A stretch of 64,000 nucleotides of DNA, taken from the NCBI GenBank assembly GCA_033763455.1, contig JANRKO010000039.1, positions 64,001-128,000 on the forward strand, given 5' to 3'. Below are positions 38,737 through 48,204 of this stretch, one piece after another (position 1 is the stretch's first letter; each line of letters begins with the position of its first letter). This stretch comes from Polyangiaceae bacterium. Lineage in GTDB: Bacteria > Myxococcota_A > Polyangia > Polyangiales > Polyangiaceae. Position numbers and translations under genes: made by a program. Under the pieces are notes generated by a model, which was not told the origin of the DNA, searched no databases, and saw only the letters and a program-made list of their open reading frames with translations.

Positions 38737-38765
38737 ACTATGGTCGAGGTCCGGGGCGGGATCAA
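38737..38765 (-). promoter_or_regulatory. Sigma70-type promoter with GC-rich discriminator
   Basis: Minus strand reads TTGATC-17 nt-CATAGT-ccgcgcccc-ATG. Confidence 0.6.
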
Positions 38766-39079
38766 GGGGGTTCACCCTTGGCCCGAATTGAGGCGGCGCA
38801 GCACCTGAATTTGAGCGGGCGAGGTCCAGCGCACCCGGGCGGGGTTGGGCCCTGAGCGCCGCGCGGAGTCTCGGGCGCACCGAACAGAGAAGCAGCCTCC
38901 GATCATCTCACGAACACCCAAATCCACCTATCGCGGACAGGGCAGCGTGAAGAACATGGTGAGAGATGAGGTTCCGTTCGGGGGTAGGAACGCCGCACAG
39001 CATCCGATTGCGTCAGAGTATCAACGCTGTCCTTAATGGATCGGTATTAGCGGGCACGGACGGCCCCATACTGCGCGCG

Positions 39080-40912
39080 CTAGAATTCCTCGAAGGAGCC
39101 AACGTGCACGATGTAAGGAGTCACCTTTTCGCCGCGAATGCGCAGGCGAACACTCCTAGAGAAACCCGGATCTTGATCAAAGAGTAGATACGCGGAGCCT
39201 CCGCTTGAGAGAAAGAAACCGTTCGTTAGGTAGTTCCCAACACGTACGACCGACATCAACTGAATCTCGCGCGACCCCCGTTGGCCCTTGAAGTCCGACC
39301 AATGTAGATCGCGACGCCGAGTCAAAGGCATGCCGTCCGCCACTACGAGGGATCCCGTGTTTCGCCCGATTCGGACGAGGTATTCGTTCTTGTCAGATGG
39401 GGCGGGCAGAGGCGCGTTTCCGAGCGCACGAAACACTAGCGGGGCCACCACTAGCACCGCCGCCAACATTAAAGCAGGCACGACGCCCGCCCAATCCCTC
39501 TCGGTACTCTGCGCGGCAGGGGGTGCCTGTGCCGTACCTCCCAACCTCCCAAACGCAAAGGCGAGCAGCGCCGAGACCAAGGGAACCGTTGCCACAAGGA
39601 CGCGTGCACCCCCGTCGGCAAGGAATGGCGCAGACAGAACGACTCCGAGTGCTCCAAACAACAGAAAGCCCGGATAGCGCGCTTTGGGCCATCCCGTGAG
39701 AAGAATGCCAAGAGCGACCGTTGATAACACGAACCAGAGAGCCGGTGAGAAACCTGGAGTGAAGGGATAGAGTAGCGGCGCCGGATTCATAAGGTGGGTG
39801 GACAGCGCGCTCCAAAGAGCTCTCAGTAGGACAGTTGGGTCCTCCTGGATCTTTTCAAATGCAAAATGAAAGATCTTACGCGATGCCTCGCCGTCCGAAA
39901 GGCCATGAAGCTCCGCCTGGTGCTGCGTGAGCACGTATTTCCAGCCTTTTCCACCAGCCGCTAGTCCGTAAAGCGTGTAGGAGAAGTTCCCTTGAAACGT
40001 GGCGTTTGGGTGCACCACGATGCGGGTGGCCGCAAAGATAGCCCCGAGGAACACGCCGACAACGGCGCCGAGCCGAAGCACGTTCCGCCACGTCTGTCGC
40101 AGTGACTGATGCTGAGACACCAGCAGCTGAGCCGCCACCAATGGGACCGCAAATATCGCACCAGCTCGGGTGAGTACCGCAAGCGCTAGCGTGCCCAGCC
40201 CCAGACAGCTCATTAAGAAGTGGTTCCGTGAGAAGCCCCGGACCAAGGCACCCACAGCAATGCAGCCCATGATGAGTCCTGCGCTCTCTGACATGAACGT
40301 TCCCGCTGTGGAACCGTAGGCACCGAGCACGAGGCTACAGAAGGCCAACGCCCCTCCCATTCCCCACGCCGAAGTGATCTGCGAAGCCGCCCACGCCGTT
40401 GAACATGCCATTAAGAGCGCAACGAGCGTGTAAAATCCTATAAGATCCTGCCCGGCGAGGGCATAGAGAACTGCATACAGGATCGTGGCGGTCGGGCGCC
40501 TGGAGCACCATTCATCGAGCTTCCCGAAATTAAGCAAGGATCGGACGCCGTTGAAATAATCCCCAGCATCACTGTACGGCAGAATGTTTCCAACGAAGAC
40601 CGGCTCCCCACTTGGGTGCAGCAAGAAATGTTCAACCATGGCAATGGTTGAGACCACAAGGCTTGCCCATAAGAGAAATCTTGCGCCAGGCGTGCGATAG
40701 CGTCGCCTCAATTCAGTCGGATGCGTGCACTCCAGAGCGAAGAGCACGACGCCCACTAACAGAAAACCTGCGAAGATGTCTGTGGGCGCGATGGCCAGGT
40801 GCAGCTTTAGCGCTCCCCCCAACACGATACTACTCGCCAAGATCCACGGCCAAACCGCGCGCAGCCATGCGGTGAACTTCGCGAGCACCTCTCCCCAGAT
40901 CAAGTTCCTCAT
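39080..40912 (-). CDS. Polytopic membrane protein, possibly GT-C (ArnT/PMT-like) fold
   Basis: Many hydrophobic helices; loop LPYSDAGDY...SRRP; MSES; LTRAG. Confidence 0.6.
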   Translation of the reverse strand: MRNLIWGEVLAKFTAWLRAVWPWILASSIVLGGALKLHLAIAPTDIFAGFLLVGVVLFALECTHPTELRRRYRTPGARFLLWASLVVSTIAMVEHFLLHPSGEPVFVGNILPYSDAGDYFNGVRSLLNFGKLDEWCSRRPTATILYAVLYALAGQDLIGFYTLVALLMACSTAWAASQITSAWGMGGALAFCSLVLGAYGSTAGTFMSESAGLIMGCIAVGALVRGFSRNHFLMSCLGLGTLALAVLTRAGAIFAVPLVAAQLLVSQHQSLRQTWRNVLRLGAVVGVFLGAIFAATRIVVHPNATFQGNFSYTLYGLAAGGKGWKYVLTQHQAELHGLSDGEASRKIFHFAFEKIQEDPTVLLRALWSALSTHLMNPAPLLYPFTPGFSPALWFVLSTVALGILLTGWPKARYPGFLLFGALGVVLSAPFLADGGARVLVATVPLVSALLAFAFGRLGGTAQAPPAAQSTERDWAGVVPALMLAAVLVVAPLVFRALGNAPLPAPSDKNEYLVRIGRNTGSLVVADGMPLTRRRDLHWSDFKGQRGSREIQLMSVVRVGNYLTNGFFLSSGGSAYLLFDQDPGFSRSVRLRIRGEKVTPYIVHVGSFEEF

Positions 40913-41013
40913 CGGTAGCTTCGCGATGCGCCTACAAGATAATATAAACCGTCAGGTGAGCGGCCGTCGGCGTGCTCCTACCATGACGCCATACACGCAA
41001 CCCATGCCGCACA

Positions 41014-41059
41014 AGATTGCAGATCCTTATCTTGGGTCAACCCTAGGATGCTGCAATCT
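41014..41059. terminator. Stem-loop downstream of the rne-PilZ unit
   Basis: agattgcag-atcct...aggat-g-ctgcaatct. Confidence 0.5.
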
Positions 41060-41072
41060 GCAGCTGTCAGGC

Positions 41073-41393
41073 TCAGGGAGCTCCGCCGCTTTGAACCGCG
41101 ACCAAACGAGCGATCACTTCGCGAGAGCGTTCCGATAACTGCTTGAAGACCACGCCCATACCCGGCGGATCTTCCTGGATGCGGGTGACCTCACCGAGCC
41201 CTTCGATGAGCTCGATATCGTCCATGATGAGCGAAAACCTGAGGCTCACCTCCGTTCCAATCTTGAGGGGCTGCTCCGTTTTGATGAACGCCCCTGTGGA
41301 AGAGATGTTGGTCACATATTCTGAAATGAACTGCTCGAACGAGTCGAACTCTTTGTTGATGGTGACACGCTCGCTCTGCCGTTCCGAGGTCAT
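41073..41393 (-). CDS. Single-domain PilZ protein (TIGR02266-like)
   Basis: RQSER (RxxxR), NISSTG, PGMGVVF. Confidence 0.88.
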   Translation of the reverse strand: MTSERQSERVTINKEFDSFEQFISEYVTNISSTGAFIKTEQPLKIGTEVSLRFSLIMDDIELIEGLGEVTRIQEDPPGMGVVFKQLSERSREVIARLVAVQSGGAP

Positions 41394-41396
41394 ACG

Positions 41397-43484
41397 TTAC
41401 CTTCCCGCAAGGTCGAATTGCTCAATGTGGTACTCACGGCGCGGCGTGAATTCGATACGTCGCATGTAGCGCCGCTCGGCATCCGCCACCGCATCCTTTT
41501 CTTCGGTGGTCATCAAATCCACGATCGCTGGGTGCGCATTGACCATCACCGAATACCCGGGGAGATCTTTTCGCTCTCTCCGAATTTGTCGCAAGATCTC
41601 GTAAGCAATGGTGGTGCGCGATTGGATCTGCCCCGTGCCATCGCAATAGAAGCATGGCTCGTGCATCATGCGGCTCAAGCTCTCGCGAGTGCGCTTGCGC
41701 GTCATCTCCAAAAGCCCGAGCTCGCTGATGCGGTTGATGGTTGTCTTGGCTTTGTCTTTAGCCAGCCGCTGCTCCAAAGCGCGCCAGACCTTCTCGCGAT
41801 TCGAAGACACATCCATGTCGATCAAATCCAAGATGACCAAGCCGCCAATGTTGCGGAAACGAAGCTGGTAAGCGATTTCCTCTACCGCTTCCAGGTTGGT
41901 CTTCAGGGCCGTTTCTTCGAGATCTTTGCTGCCTTTGCCGACGTATCGGCCGGTATTGACGTCGATAGCCGCCAACGCCTCCGCCTGATCGATGATCAGA
42001 TAGCCGCCACTCGGAAGCGGCACTTTGCGGCTCAGCGCGCGGCTGATCTCATCTTCAATCCCGTAGGCGTCGAAGAGGGGCTCCTCGCCTGAATACAGCT
42101 CAATGTCATTCGCTCGGTGCGGCATGAACACTTCAACAAAGCGCTTGAGCTTCGCGAACTGCTCCTTGTCGTCAATGACAAGCTTTTCGATGTCGTCCGT
42201 GAACAGATCGCGCGCCGTCTTGAGCGCCAAATCCAATTCGCTGTGGAGCAACATGGGTGCTTTGGCCGTTTCCTTGCGTTTTGAAACTTCGCCCCAGAGC
42301 TGGATGAGGTAGCCAATGTCGGTCTTGAGGGCTTTTTTGGTGAGCCCAGAGGCTACGGTGCGCACGATCAAGCCTCCGCTTGGGGGCTTCATCTTTTCAA
42401 TCACGGCACGCAGGCGTTCGCGTTCTTTCGCCGAGCCGATGCGGCGTGAAATTCCAACATGTTCAACCGTGGGCAGGTAAACCGCGTAGCGGCCAGGCAG
42501 GGACACATGGCTCGTAACGCGGGCGCCCTTGGTTCCGATCGGCTCCTTGGACACCTGCACAATGACTTGGTCCCCTTCCTTCACCACCTCGGTAATTGGA
42601 ACGGAACGCGCACTACGCAGACGGCCCTTGCTGTGACCATTTTGACGGCCGCGCAGGCCCTTTGAGCCCTGCGGGGAAGAGGTTGGAGCGGGACCCGAAG
42701 AAGTCCGGTTGCCTCCAGAGCGAGCCTCTGCAGGCCGCGCCGTGGCCGGCCCTCCGCCTCCTGAACGCCGACGCCTACGTCGACCTCGACGGCGGGCTCC
42801 CTCGTGAGCCACGTCTTCCTCTTCTTCCTCTTCTTCCGCCTTTTCGTCGGCTTCCACCTCAAGAGGATCTTCGTCCTCGGAGGCGCCATGCGCCCCTGAA
42901 TCCTCAGCCTCCGAATCCTCGGCATCCGCACCGGTGCGCTCCGACGCAGCAGTGCCCTCGGAATCTACGATGAGCTCTTCGTCATCATCATCGTCGTCGT
43001 CCGATACATCGTCGTCAGTTTCATCATCCTCAGCTTCATCACCGTCGGCCTCGTCGTCGCCAGCTTCGTCGCCGTCGTCGTCGGTCCCCTCCTCGGAATC
43101 GACCTCGTCGTCCTCACCGTCGTCGCCTTCTTCGTCATCGTCATCCTCTTCACCCTCGGGTCGGTCGGCCCAACGGGTGCGCTTACCGCCTTCGCCTTTG
43201 CCCGAAGGATCTTCGTGGGGGTGTGACTTCGACAGATAAGCCTCGAAATCGTCAGGCTTGATCAAATCTTCTACGTGCAGAAACGCCGCGCGCTCCTGCC
43301 CAATGTCGATGAAGGCAGCCTGCATGCCTGGCAACACTCGCGTCACCCGGCCGAGGACGATGTCACCCACAGTGCTTCTTGATTTGGCTCGCTCTAGGTG
43401 CAGCTCTGAAATGACGCCGTCTTCAATGAGAGCGACGCGTGTCTCGCGAAAATCGCAATTGATAACCAGAAGGTTTTTGCCCAT
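41397..43484 (-). CDS. Rne/Rng family ribonuclease with large disordered insertion in the S1 domain
   Basis: RVLPGMQAAFIDIG, VQVSKEPIGTKGAR, IDVNTG, RFRNIGG..ILDLIDM, EMTRKR, CFYCDG. Confidence 0.93.
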   Translation of the reverse strand: MGKNLLVINCDFRETRVALIEDGVISELHLERAKSRSTVGDIVLGRVTRVLPGMQAAFIDIGQERAAFLHVEDLIKPDDFEAYLSKSHPHEDPSGKGEGGKRTRWADRPEGEEDDDDEEGDDGEDDEVDSEEGTDDDGDEAGDDEADGDEAEDDETDDDVSDDDDDDDEELIVDSEGTAASERTGADAEDSEAEDSGAHGASEDEDPLEVEADEKAEEEEEEEDVAHEGARRRGRRRRRRSGGGGPATARPAEARSGGNRTSSGPAPTSSPQGSKGLRGRQNGHSKGRLRSARSVPITEVVKEGDQVIVQVSKEPIGTKGARVTSHVSLPGRYAVYLPTVEHVGISRRIGSAKERERLRAVIEKMKPPSGGLIVRTVASGLTKKALKTDIGYLIQLWGEVSKRKETAKAPMLLHSELDLALKTARDLFTDDIEKLVIDDKEQFAKLKRFVEVFMPHRANDIELYSGEEPLFDAYGIEDEISRALSRKVPLPSGGYLIIDQAEALAAIDVNTGRYVGKGSKDLEETALKTNLEAVEEIAYQLRFRNIGGLVILDLIDMDVSSNREKVWRALEQRLAKDKAKTTINRISELGLLEMTRKRTRESLSRMMHEPCFYCDGTGQIQSRTTIAYEILRQIRRERKDLPGYSVMVNAHPAIVDLMTTEEKDAVADAERRYMRRIEFTPRREYHIEQFDLAGR

Positions 43485-43891
43485 GTGCTTGTTGGGGGCG
43501 AGCCAGTGTCCGTGTTGGGCCGCGGTTCGGACAAAGTTGGCCGCCCTTCCTCGTACACGTTCGAGCTTTCCGCCCAACGTGAATGGTCGTGCCGGAGGGC
43601 GTGCGGGGCCAGGCAATAGCCAAGCCTCTCCGCGGTGCGCCCGCGCTCCAGGATTAAATGTATGCTTGGCGGCCGAACAGCCACGCGACTTCGGGGGGCG
43701 CTAGATAGAGCGCACCCTTCTTGACAATGCCCGAAGGTGCTCGACGCGTTGACCGCCATTTGAACCTCAGGCGAGGTCATCACGACCGTGCCAAGGGTGT
43801 CAAGGAAGACCGGAATTTGGCTCGACCCCACCTCAAATAACCCGCAATTGGAGTAGCGGCGGCCACGAAGCTGATAGGCTCCCGGCCCTAG

Positions 43892-44605
43892 ATGAACCAC
43901 CCCTTTCTCGTTCTGGACATCGAGACGATCCTCGATCCCGAGCTTCCCATCGCCGAAACAAGCGATGTGGAACGGCTCCCCTCCCCACCACACCATAAGA
44001 TCGTCGCCATCGGCGCGCTGTGGCTCGACGCCAACTACACGATTCGGCGGCTGGGGATCGTGAGTGAGGAAAAGGAGGAAGCGGGCCTGCTCGAAGACTT
44101 CTCCAAATTGATCCTGGAACGTAACCCAACGCTCGTTACCTATAACGGCCGCGGCTTTGACCTACCCGTTATTGCCAACCGCTGCCTGCGGCACGGCATC
44201 CCGCTGAGCCAATATTACCAGTCGCGCGACATACGCTACCGGTTTTCGCCCGAAGGCCACTTGGATCTCATGGATTATGTCTCCGACTACGGCGCCTCCA
44301 AACCCAGCCGCCTCGATGTGGTTGCCAAGATCTGCGGCATGCCCGGCAAGGTAGGCGTGGATGGCAAAGATGTGGGACCACTGGTGCACGCGGGGCGCAT
44401 CGCGGAGGTCAGAAATTACTGCTTGTGCGATGTCGTGCAAACAACCGGGGTCTTCTTGCGTGTACAGCTCTTGCGGGGAGTGCTCGATCGCGCAGCCTAC
44501 CTCACGGCAATGCAGGGGCTTATTGACTTTATCGACGCTGACGAGCGCCTGGTGCCAGTGGCCTCGGCCCTCAATCGGCCACGCTTGATGTTAACTGGTG
44601 GATGA
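43892..44605 (+). CDS. DEDD 3'-5' exonuclease (PolB-related)
   Basis: LDIET, YNGRGFDLP, HLDLMD, YCLCDV. Confidence 0.88.
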   Translation: MNHPFLVLDIETILDPELPIAETSDVERLPSPPHHKIVAIGALWLDANYTIRRLGIVSEEKEEAGLLEDFSKLILERNPTLVTYNGRGFDLPVIANRCLRHGIPLSQYYQSRDIRYRFSPEGHLDLMDYVSDYGASKPSRLDVVAKICGMPGKVGVDGKDVGPLVHAGRIAEVRNYCLCDVVQTTGVFLRVQLLRGVLDRAAYLTAMQGLIDFIDADERLVPVASALNRPRLMLTGG

Positions 44606-44648
44606 CATTTAAGCTACTCGGTTTCGATCTTTAGAATCTTAGACTGCC

Positions 44649-45848
44649 ATGACGATGCGTATATTGATTCCAACCAGCACCTTTCCCCTAGAGCTGAGCG
44701 GAGGATGGCGCCGATTCGTTTACGACTTGGCAGCAGCACTAGCCAAGAAGGCCGAAGTCACCGTACTTGCCCCCGGCGCTCCAGGAGCCAGTGACCGTGA
44801 GAGGATGGGACCGGTAGATGTGCGGCGCTTTTCGTACTTCTGGCCAAAAAGTCGCCAGTGTTTAGCCTATGGCACCAGCATGGTGGATTCGATGCGCGAA
44901 TCTGGGTGGGCCAAGGCGCAGGTTCCCACGTTTCTTATGGCGCAAGCGCACGCCATTCGGCGCCTTGTTGCGACCGAACACTTCGATGTGGTGAACAGCC
45001 ACTGGATGGTGCCTCAGGGCTTGAGCGTCGCCGCGGCTAGCTTCTTAACTCGCCCATTCAAGCACGTCCTCAGCATTCACGCAGGCGACGTGTACCTGCT
45101 CAACAAGGTGCCGCAGGGCCGAAATCTCGCCAAGTTCATCATGAGCCGCACAGACGCCGTCTTCGCGGATGGCAGCCACGTTCGAGACACTTTAGACAAA
45201 CTGACTGGCACGCCTTCGAACGGTATCTTGCAACCCATGGGAGCGCACGTGGAACTTTTCAGAAATGCGCTTCCCATGCAGAGCCCATTCCCCCAGGGAT
45301 ATCTGCTGTTCTTCGGGCGTTTCGCCGAAAAAAAAGGCATCACCTACCTCCTGCAGGCTTTACCCAAGGTGCTCAAGGAATGGCCAGGCCTGGGCCTCAT
45401 TCTGATCGGCTATGGCACTTTGGAGAGCGCACTAAAAGCAGAAGCCGAGGCGCTCGGGCTCGCAGGCGCGGTCGAGTTTGTCGGCGCAAAAGATCACTCG
45501 GAGATTTGTCGCTATCTTCATGGGTGTAGGCTCGCCGTCGTGCCATCCATTATCGACAGCCGCGGAGAAACCGAAGGCATGCCGACCGTTGTGATCGAGG
45601 CTATGGCCGCGGGCGTGCCTGTGGTGGGCTCGAATGTCGACGGAATTCCAGATGTGATCTCTGACCGAGTGAACGGGTGGCTCTGCCGAGAGAAAGATCC
45701 TGCTGATTTGGCCGCAAAGATCCTTGTAGCCTTATCTAATCCGGATGCTGAAGCTTTCCGCAAAAATGCACTAGAAACCGCCCAACACCATGACTGGGAT
45801 CAGGTTGCCGATAGGTACCTTGAAGTGTTTGAGCGCCTCCTACGCTGA
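44649..45848 (+). CDS. GT4 family glycosyltransferase
   Basis: HWMVPQG, GRFAEKKG, EGMPTVVIEAMAAG. Confidence 0.92.
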   Translation: MTMRILIPTSTFPLELSGGWRRFVYDLAAALAKKAEVTVLAPGAPGASDRERMGPVDVRRFSYFWPKSRQCLAYGTSMVDSMRESGWAKAQVPTFLMAQAHAIRRLVATEHFDVVNSHWMVPQGLSVAAASFLTRPFKHVLSIHAGDVYLLNKVPQGRNLAKFIMSRTDAVFADGSHVRDTLDKLTGTPSNGILQPMGAHVELFRNALPMQSPFPQGYLLFFGRFAEKKGITYLLQALPKVLKEWPGLGLILIGYGTLESALKAEAEALGLAGAVEFVGAKDHSEICRYLHGCRLAVVPSIIDSRGETEGMPTVVIEAMAAGVPVVGSNVDGIPDVISDRVNGWLCREKDPADLAAKILVALSNPDAEAFRKNALETAQHHDWDQVADRYLEVFERLLR

Positions 45849-45928
45849 CACGCTCCAGCTATTGCCGAACGCGCCGAGGGAATTCGAAGCGCGTGATGGC
45901 GCACTCCGCAACTACACGCATTCGCTAC

Positions 45929-46684
45929 TTACGCCAAGCGCACCGGTTTGCGAGCAGCTAACAGATAACCCAACGGGAACTTTTCTTGGGTGGTCTTGCT
46001 ATCGATCCAAATAGCGGGCTTGCTCACCAACCACTTGTTCAGCTGAAGCACCATCTGATTCAAACCAGATACGTGCCAGGTGGTGCCCGATGTGAGCAGC
46101 GAAACCTGGTGACCCAAAAAGGAAAACAGGCCGCCGATGGGAGCTACCTCCAACACTTCGAACCCGGCTTGCTCAAACAGATGTCGCAACCCATATTGGG
46201 TGAACCTGTAATAGTCGTGGGGCTCCTCGTGCAGGCGGCTTAGATGCGGCACACTGATGAGTGCAACGCCCCCAGGCGCCAAAATCCTGAAGATTTCGGC
46301 CAGCGCTTTACGGGAATCCGGAATGTGCTCCAGCACCTCGAGTGCCATCACCGTATCAAAGCTTTCCGAACCAATAACGCCGCTCAGATCCTGCAGATCA
46401 CCGATGAAATCTATGTTCTCCGTGCGCCGCTCGATGTCTAACGTCTGATACGTGTCTACAGCTGCTGAAAGTGCCTCTCGGAGCGGCACCGTCCCCGCAC
46501 CCACATCCAACAAGCGCCCTTGCGCAAAGCGCCGAAGGAACGGCAACACCTGTTCACGCTGCAGCGCCACCACAGGCGAAAACCACCCCACCTCGGGATC
46601 ATCAGTGAGCGCCAAGCCAAGCTCACGGCGGTTGTCCGCAATCAGGTGCTTGAGGCGTGATGCCGTACTTTTGAGTGGCCCCAT
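45929..46684 (-). CDS. Class I SAM-dependent methyltransferase (glycan-locus type)
   Basis: LDVGAG, EVLEHI, LAPGG, HEEPHDYYRFT. Confidence 0.9.
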   Translation of the reverse strand: MGPLKSTASRLKHLIADNRRELGLALTDDPEVGWFSPVVALQREQVLPFLRRFAQGRLLDVGAGTVPLREALSAAVDTYQTLDIERRTENIDFIGDLQDLSGVIGSESFDTVMALEVLEHIPDSRKALAEIFRILAPGGVALISVPHLSRLHEEPHDYYRFTQYGLRHLFEQAGFEVLEVAPIGGLFSFLGHQVSLLTSGTTWHVSGLNQMVLQLNKWLVSKPAIWIDSKTTQEKFPLGYLLAARKPVRLA

Positions 46685-46770
46685 CGGGCTCGCACCCTAC
46701 TCAGCAGCGGATGCCAGCGAAAGAGCGAAGCGCGTGATCCTGCTGTATGGCGTGATCGGGTGCGTAAGCG

Positions 46771-48195
46771 CTACGCCATTATTTCGGGCAACGGGCCATT
46801 GATGGGCTCGTGGCCCCCTTTGCCAAACTCGTTCGGCTGAACCTCGCCCATGGGTCGCGGGCCCAGGCCAAAACCGACGGCCAGGCTGGAATACAGATCC
46901 GCCAAGGCTTTAGAGCCGTTCGAACCCTTGGCGGGCCAACGCAAGAACCTGCCATCAGCCTTGATGCCGCCGCCAGCATTGCCAACCAGAACCAGCGGCC
47001 AACGATGGTGCCCGGCGTGATGCTGCTCGCCGTTGTCGCTGCCGAACACAGTAAGGCTGTTGTCGTAAAGGTTCTTCCCGCTCGGCAGCGCGACCTTCTT
47101 CATGTCTTCGATCGACTTGGCGATCAGCCCCGCGAGCCATGCATGGATAATCGCAAGCACGTCCCCTTGCAATTGATCTGCCTCATGACCCACCCCGCTA
47201 ATGCCTGACATCAATTGCTGCTCGAAGTTGGTGCCGGCCAAAAGCTTGGTGACCTCCGGCATGGTGTCGTGCGAGAAGCCGCTTCCCACATCTATGCCCA
47301 TCACATTGCTAATGCCGCACGTGATGCCAAGCGAGCCAATGGCGTGCAGGGATTCCAATGCACTCACAGGCTCTCGCTGACCGTTGTCCACCGCGGGCGC
47401 CGTGGGTGCCGTGCACTGGATGCCGCCGAGCGCTTGCTCGCGTTTCTCAAACTCCTCCATTGCAGCCAAATAGGCCTGCAACTTGCCCTTTTCTTCGACC
47501 CCAAAATTGGCCTCCAGACGCGTGATGTCGTCTTTCAAGCTATCGAAAAGGACGCGGCCCTTGGCGGTGGAGGCCGCGCTTGCCATGGCCTGGCCAAACA
47601 AATTCTGGAACAACACGTACGGGCTCTGAATGGCTGGCTCAGGCCTATTGCGACCCGCCGCAAAGAGTGCAGCGCGTTGGGCTTCAGGCCGCGTGGAAGA
47701 CCCAATGAGAATCGACTTGCGGGGGCAGCCCAGGCTCAACGTCTCAGCTAAGTATTGATCGATCGTGATACCCCCGGGCATCGCATCGCCAGGCCCGTCT
47801 CCAGGCGGCATGCAACTCAACGACATGTACATCATGCCATGCCCGCCATCCACCGAAGGCACTTTGGACTGATTCGGGAGCCCATCCACCATGAGCAGGC
47901 GATCCCGATAGGGCTCGAGCGGCTTGAAGGACCGCGGCATTGTGAACGTCTTGTTGTTGCCGAGGTTGAGCGTGGGCATCACCACGGCTGAATCCCCACC
48001 TTCCTTGAACTCAGGAGGCGGGAAGATGTACTGCCAATGAAAGCCATTGGCGACAAACAGGAATATGGCCACCTTGCGCTCAGTGGCTTGCCCTTGAGCC
48101 TCCCCAATCAGGGAATTGGCAATCGGATAGAGCAGGCTTGCGCCCATTCCCAAACCTAGCTTCTCAACGAACGACCTACGGCTGAAGTTGACCAT
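46771..48195 (-). CDS. DUF1552 family protein, Tat-exported
   Basis: SRRSFV, LEPYRDRLL, TIDQYLA, SDNGEQHH; directly downstream of a DUF1592 gene. Confidence 0.87.
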   Translation of the reverse strand: MVNFSRRSFVEKLGLGMGASLLYPIANSLIGEAQGQATERKVAIFLFVANGFHWQYIFPPPEFKEGGDSAVVMPTLNLGNNKTFTMPRSFKPLEPYRDRLLMVDGLPNQSKVPSVDGGHGMMYMSLSCMPPGDGPGDAMPGGITIDQYLAETLSLGCPRKSILIGSSTRPEAQRAALFAAGRNRPEPAIQSPYVLFQNLFGQAMASAASTAKGRVLFDSLKDDITRLEANFGVEEKGKLQAYLAAMEEFEKREQALGGIQCTAPTAPAVDNGQREPVSALESLHAIGSLGITCGISNVMGIDVGSGFSHDTMPEVTKLLAGTNFEQQLMSGISGVGHEADQLQGDVLAIIHAWLAGLIAKSIEDMKKVALPSGKNLYDNSLTVFGSDNGEQHHAGHHRWPLVLVGNAGGGIKADGRFLRWPAKGSNGSKALADLYSSLAVGFGLGPRPMGEVQPNEFGKGGHEPINGPLPEIMA

Positions 48196-48204
48196 GGTGT
48201 CTCC

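Noticed and set aside
42934..43239. Poly-Ser ORF on the + strand
   Set aside because: Antisense reading of the Asp/Glu tract of the ribonuclease
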